Source of the DNA: Utricularia gibba
Lineage: Eukaryota > Plantae > Magnoliophyta
Assembly: GCA_002189035.1 (NCBI GenBank)
Contig: NEEC01000197.1
Span: 1 to 64,000, forward strand
Length of the DNA stretch: 64,000 bases
Reading direction: 5' to 3'
The translations under genes and the position numbers were made by a program. This document shows positions 62,969-64,000 of the stretch, piece by piece; the stretch's first letter is position 1, and each line of letters begins with the position of its first letter. The notes under the pieces were generated by a model. It was not told the origin of the DNA, ran no database searches, and saw nothing but the letters and a program-made list of their open reading frames with translations.

Positions 62969-64000
62969 TCAGTTGTAGCCCGGAAAATAAGTGATGCATT
63001 TATCAACGTTGGGTTTTCGGCGGCTGCCTGAATGGTTTTTCAAGCAATAGCTTGCCATTTTAAGGCGGGTGCTGTCGTTGGCAGCTTTGTAAGGGCCCAA
63101 GGTTCGGTCTGGCTCCTGAGCCCAATCGGGTGCTACTCGATGAAAATCGTGATGCATTTTTTGAAGTTAGGATGTCATGAGCACCCCAAATGGTTTTCTC
63201 AACAACCTGATTTATATTTGAGGAGGCGCTCTAGGCTGGCACTAGTATCGAGCAAATGGTCGAGTCGCGCTCTGGCCCATAGTCATTTGTAGCCCGGCCA
63301 AAAAAGTGATGCATTTATTAACGTTGGGTTTTCGGCGGCTGCCTACATGCTTTTTTCGAGGAAAAGTTGTCGTTTTTTTGCGGGTGCTGTTGTTGGGAAC
63401 TTCGTCCGGACCCAAGGATCGGTCTGACTTCACAGCACAATCCGATCCCATTCGACGAAAATCGTGATGCCTTTATTGAAGTTAGGATCTCATGACCACC
63501 CCAAATGGTTTTTTCAACAGCATGCTTTACACTTGACAAGGCGCTTTTGTGGGTCACCGAGATCGGGCCGGATTCGGGTCGGGCTTGAGCCCAAAGTCAG
63601 CTGTAGCCCGGCAAAAGAAGTGATGCATTTATTAACGTTGGGTTGTCGGCGGCTGCCCACATGGTTTGTCAAGCAATAGCTTGCCATTTAAAGTTGGGAG
63701 CTTTGTCCGGCCCGAGATTCGGTCTGGCTACTAAGCCCAATCGGGTCGCACTCGACGAAAATCGTAACGCATTTGATGTAGTTAGGATGTCATGAGAACC
63801 CCAATGGGTTTTCTCAACACTCTGCTATATATTTGAGAAGGCGCCCTCGGAGGGTTTCGGGATTGGGCCAGAGGTCGGGTCGGGCTCAGGCCAATAGTCA
63901 GTTGTAGCCCGGAAAATAAGTGATGCATTTATCAACGATGGGTTTTCGGCGGCTGCCTAAATGGTTTTTCAAGCAACAGCTTGCCGTTTTAAGGTGGGTG

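Larger units (their letters stand above)
1..64000. repeat. Tandem satellite DNA array: ~313-bp monomer (dimer of ~157-bp subunits) organised into higher-order repeats; candidate centromeric/pericentromeric satellite
   Basis: The landmark (A/T)AGTCA(G/T)(T/C)TGTAGCCCGG recurs every ~310-314 bp from position 159 to the end (e.g. 61715, 62029, 62342, 62656, 62969), always on the same strand, with no unique sequence in between. The tandem array is seen directly; the centromeric role is inference from unit size and HOR organisation. Confidence 0.98.
22437..64000. repeat. 4-monomer HOR domain (A-B-C-D), period ~1,250-1,255 bp; most homogeneous from 29576 onward
   Basis: A-monomer starts at 22437, 24923, 26173, 27417, 29576, 30831, 32079, 34579, 35832, 37082, 38337, 39590, 40991, 42242, 43496, 44748, 46263, 47514, 48766, 50027, 51280, 52679, 53928, 55178, 56427, 57956, 60463, 61715, 62969. 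The same 62-aa spurious ORF marks each start in the ORF track. Confidence 0.97.

Noticed and set aside
633-63679. All ORFs in the six-frame track (60-161 aa)
   Set aside because: They recur with the HOR period, overlap on both strands, change length with single-base indels, and I recognise no protein family in them. They are chance open frames in satellite DNA.
1-64000. CRISPR array
   Set aside because: There are no unique spacers; the sequence between conserved motifs is itself repeated, the unit is ~157/313 bp, and there are no cas genes.

Overview
The whole 64-kb window is one uninterrupted, head-to-tail, single-orientation satellite DNA array. It is almost certainly eukaryotic and plausibly centromeric or pericentromeric; I cannot name the species or family. 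It is built in tiers. (1) An ancient ~157-bp subunit, anchored by GTGATGCATTT...GTTRGG...AATGGTTTT. (2) A ~313-bp monomer made of two diverged subunits. (3) Four monomer types (A, B, C, D) forming a ~1,253-bp higher-order repeat (HOR) that dominates 22.4-64 kb. (4) A 7-monomer ~2,183-bp HOR at ~10.4-22.4 kb, made of one intact 4-mer plus a B-deleted 3-mer. (5) An apparent ~11.7-kb super-period at 39.6-64 kb. Scattered 3-mer and 5-mer HORs look like reciprocal unequal-crossover products. Many small deletions fall exactly on sites where two array variants differ, which suggests consensus collapse in the assembly, so fine indel detail should be treated cautiously. I found no credible protein-coding genes, RNA genes, transposons or CRISPR arrays; all ORFs in the track are chance frames that recur with the repeat. 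All coordinates, counts and identities were read by hand and are approximate.
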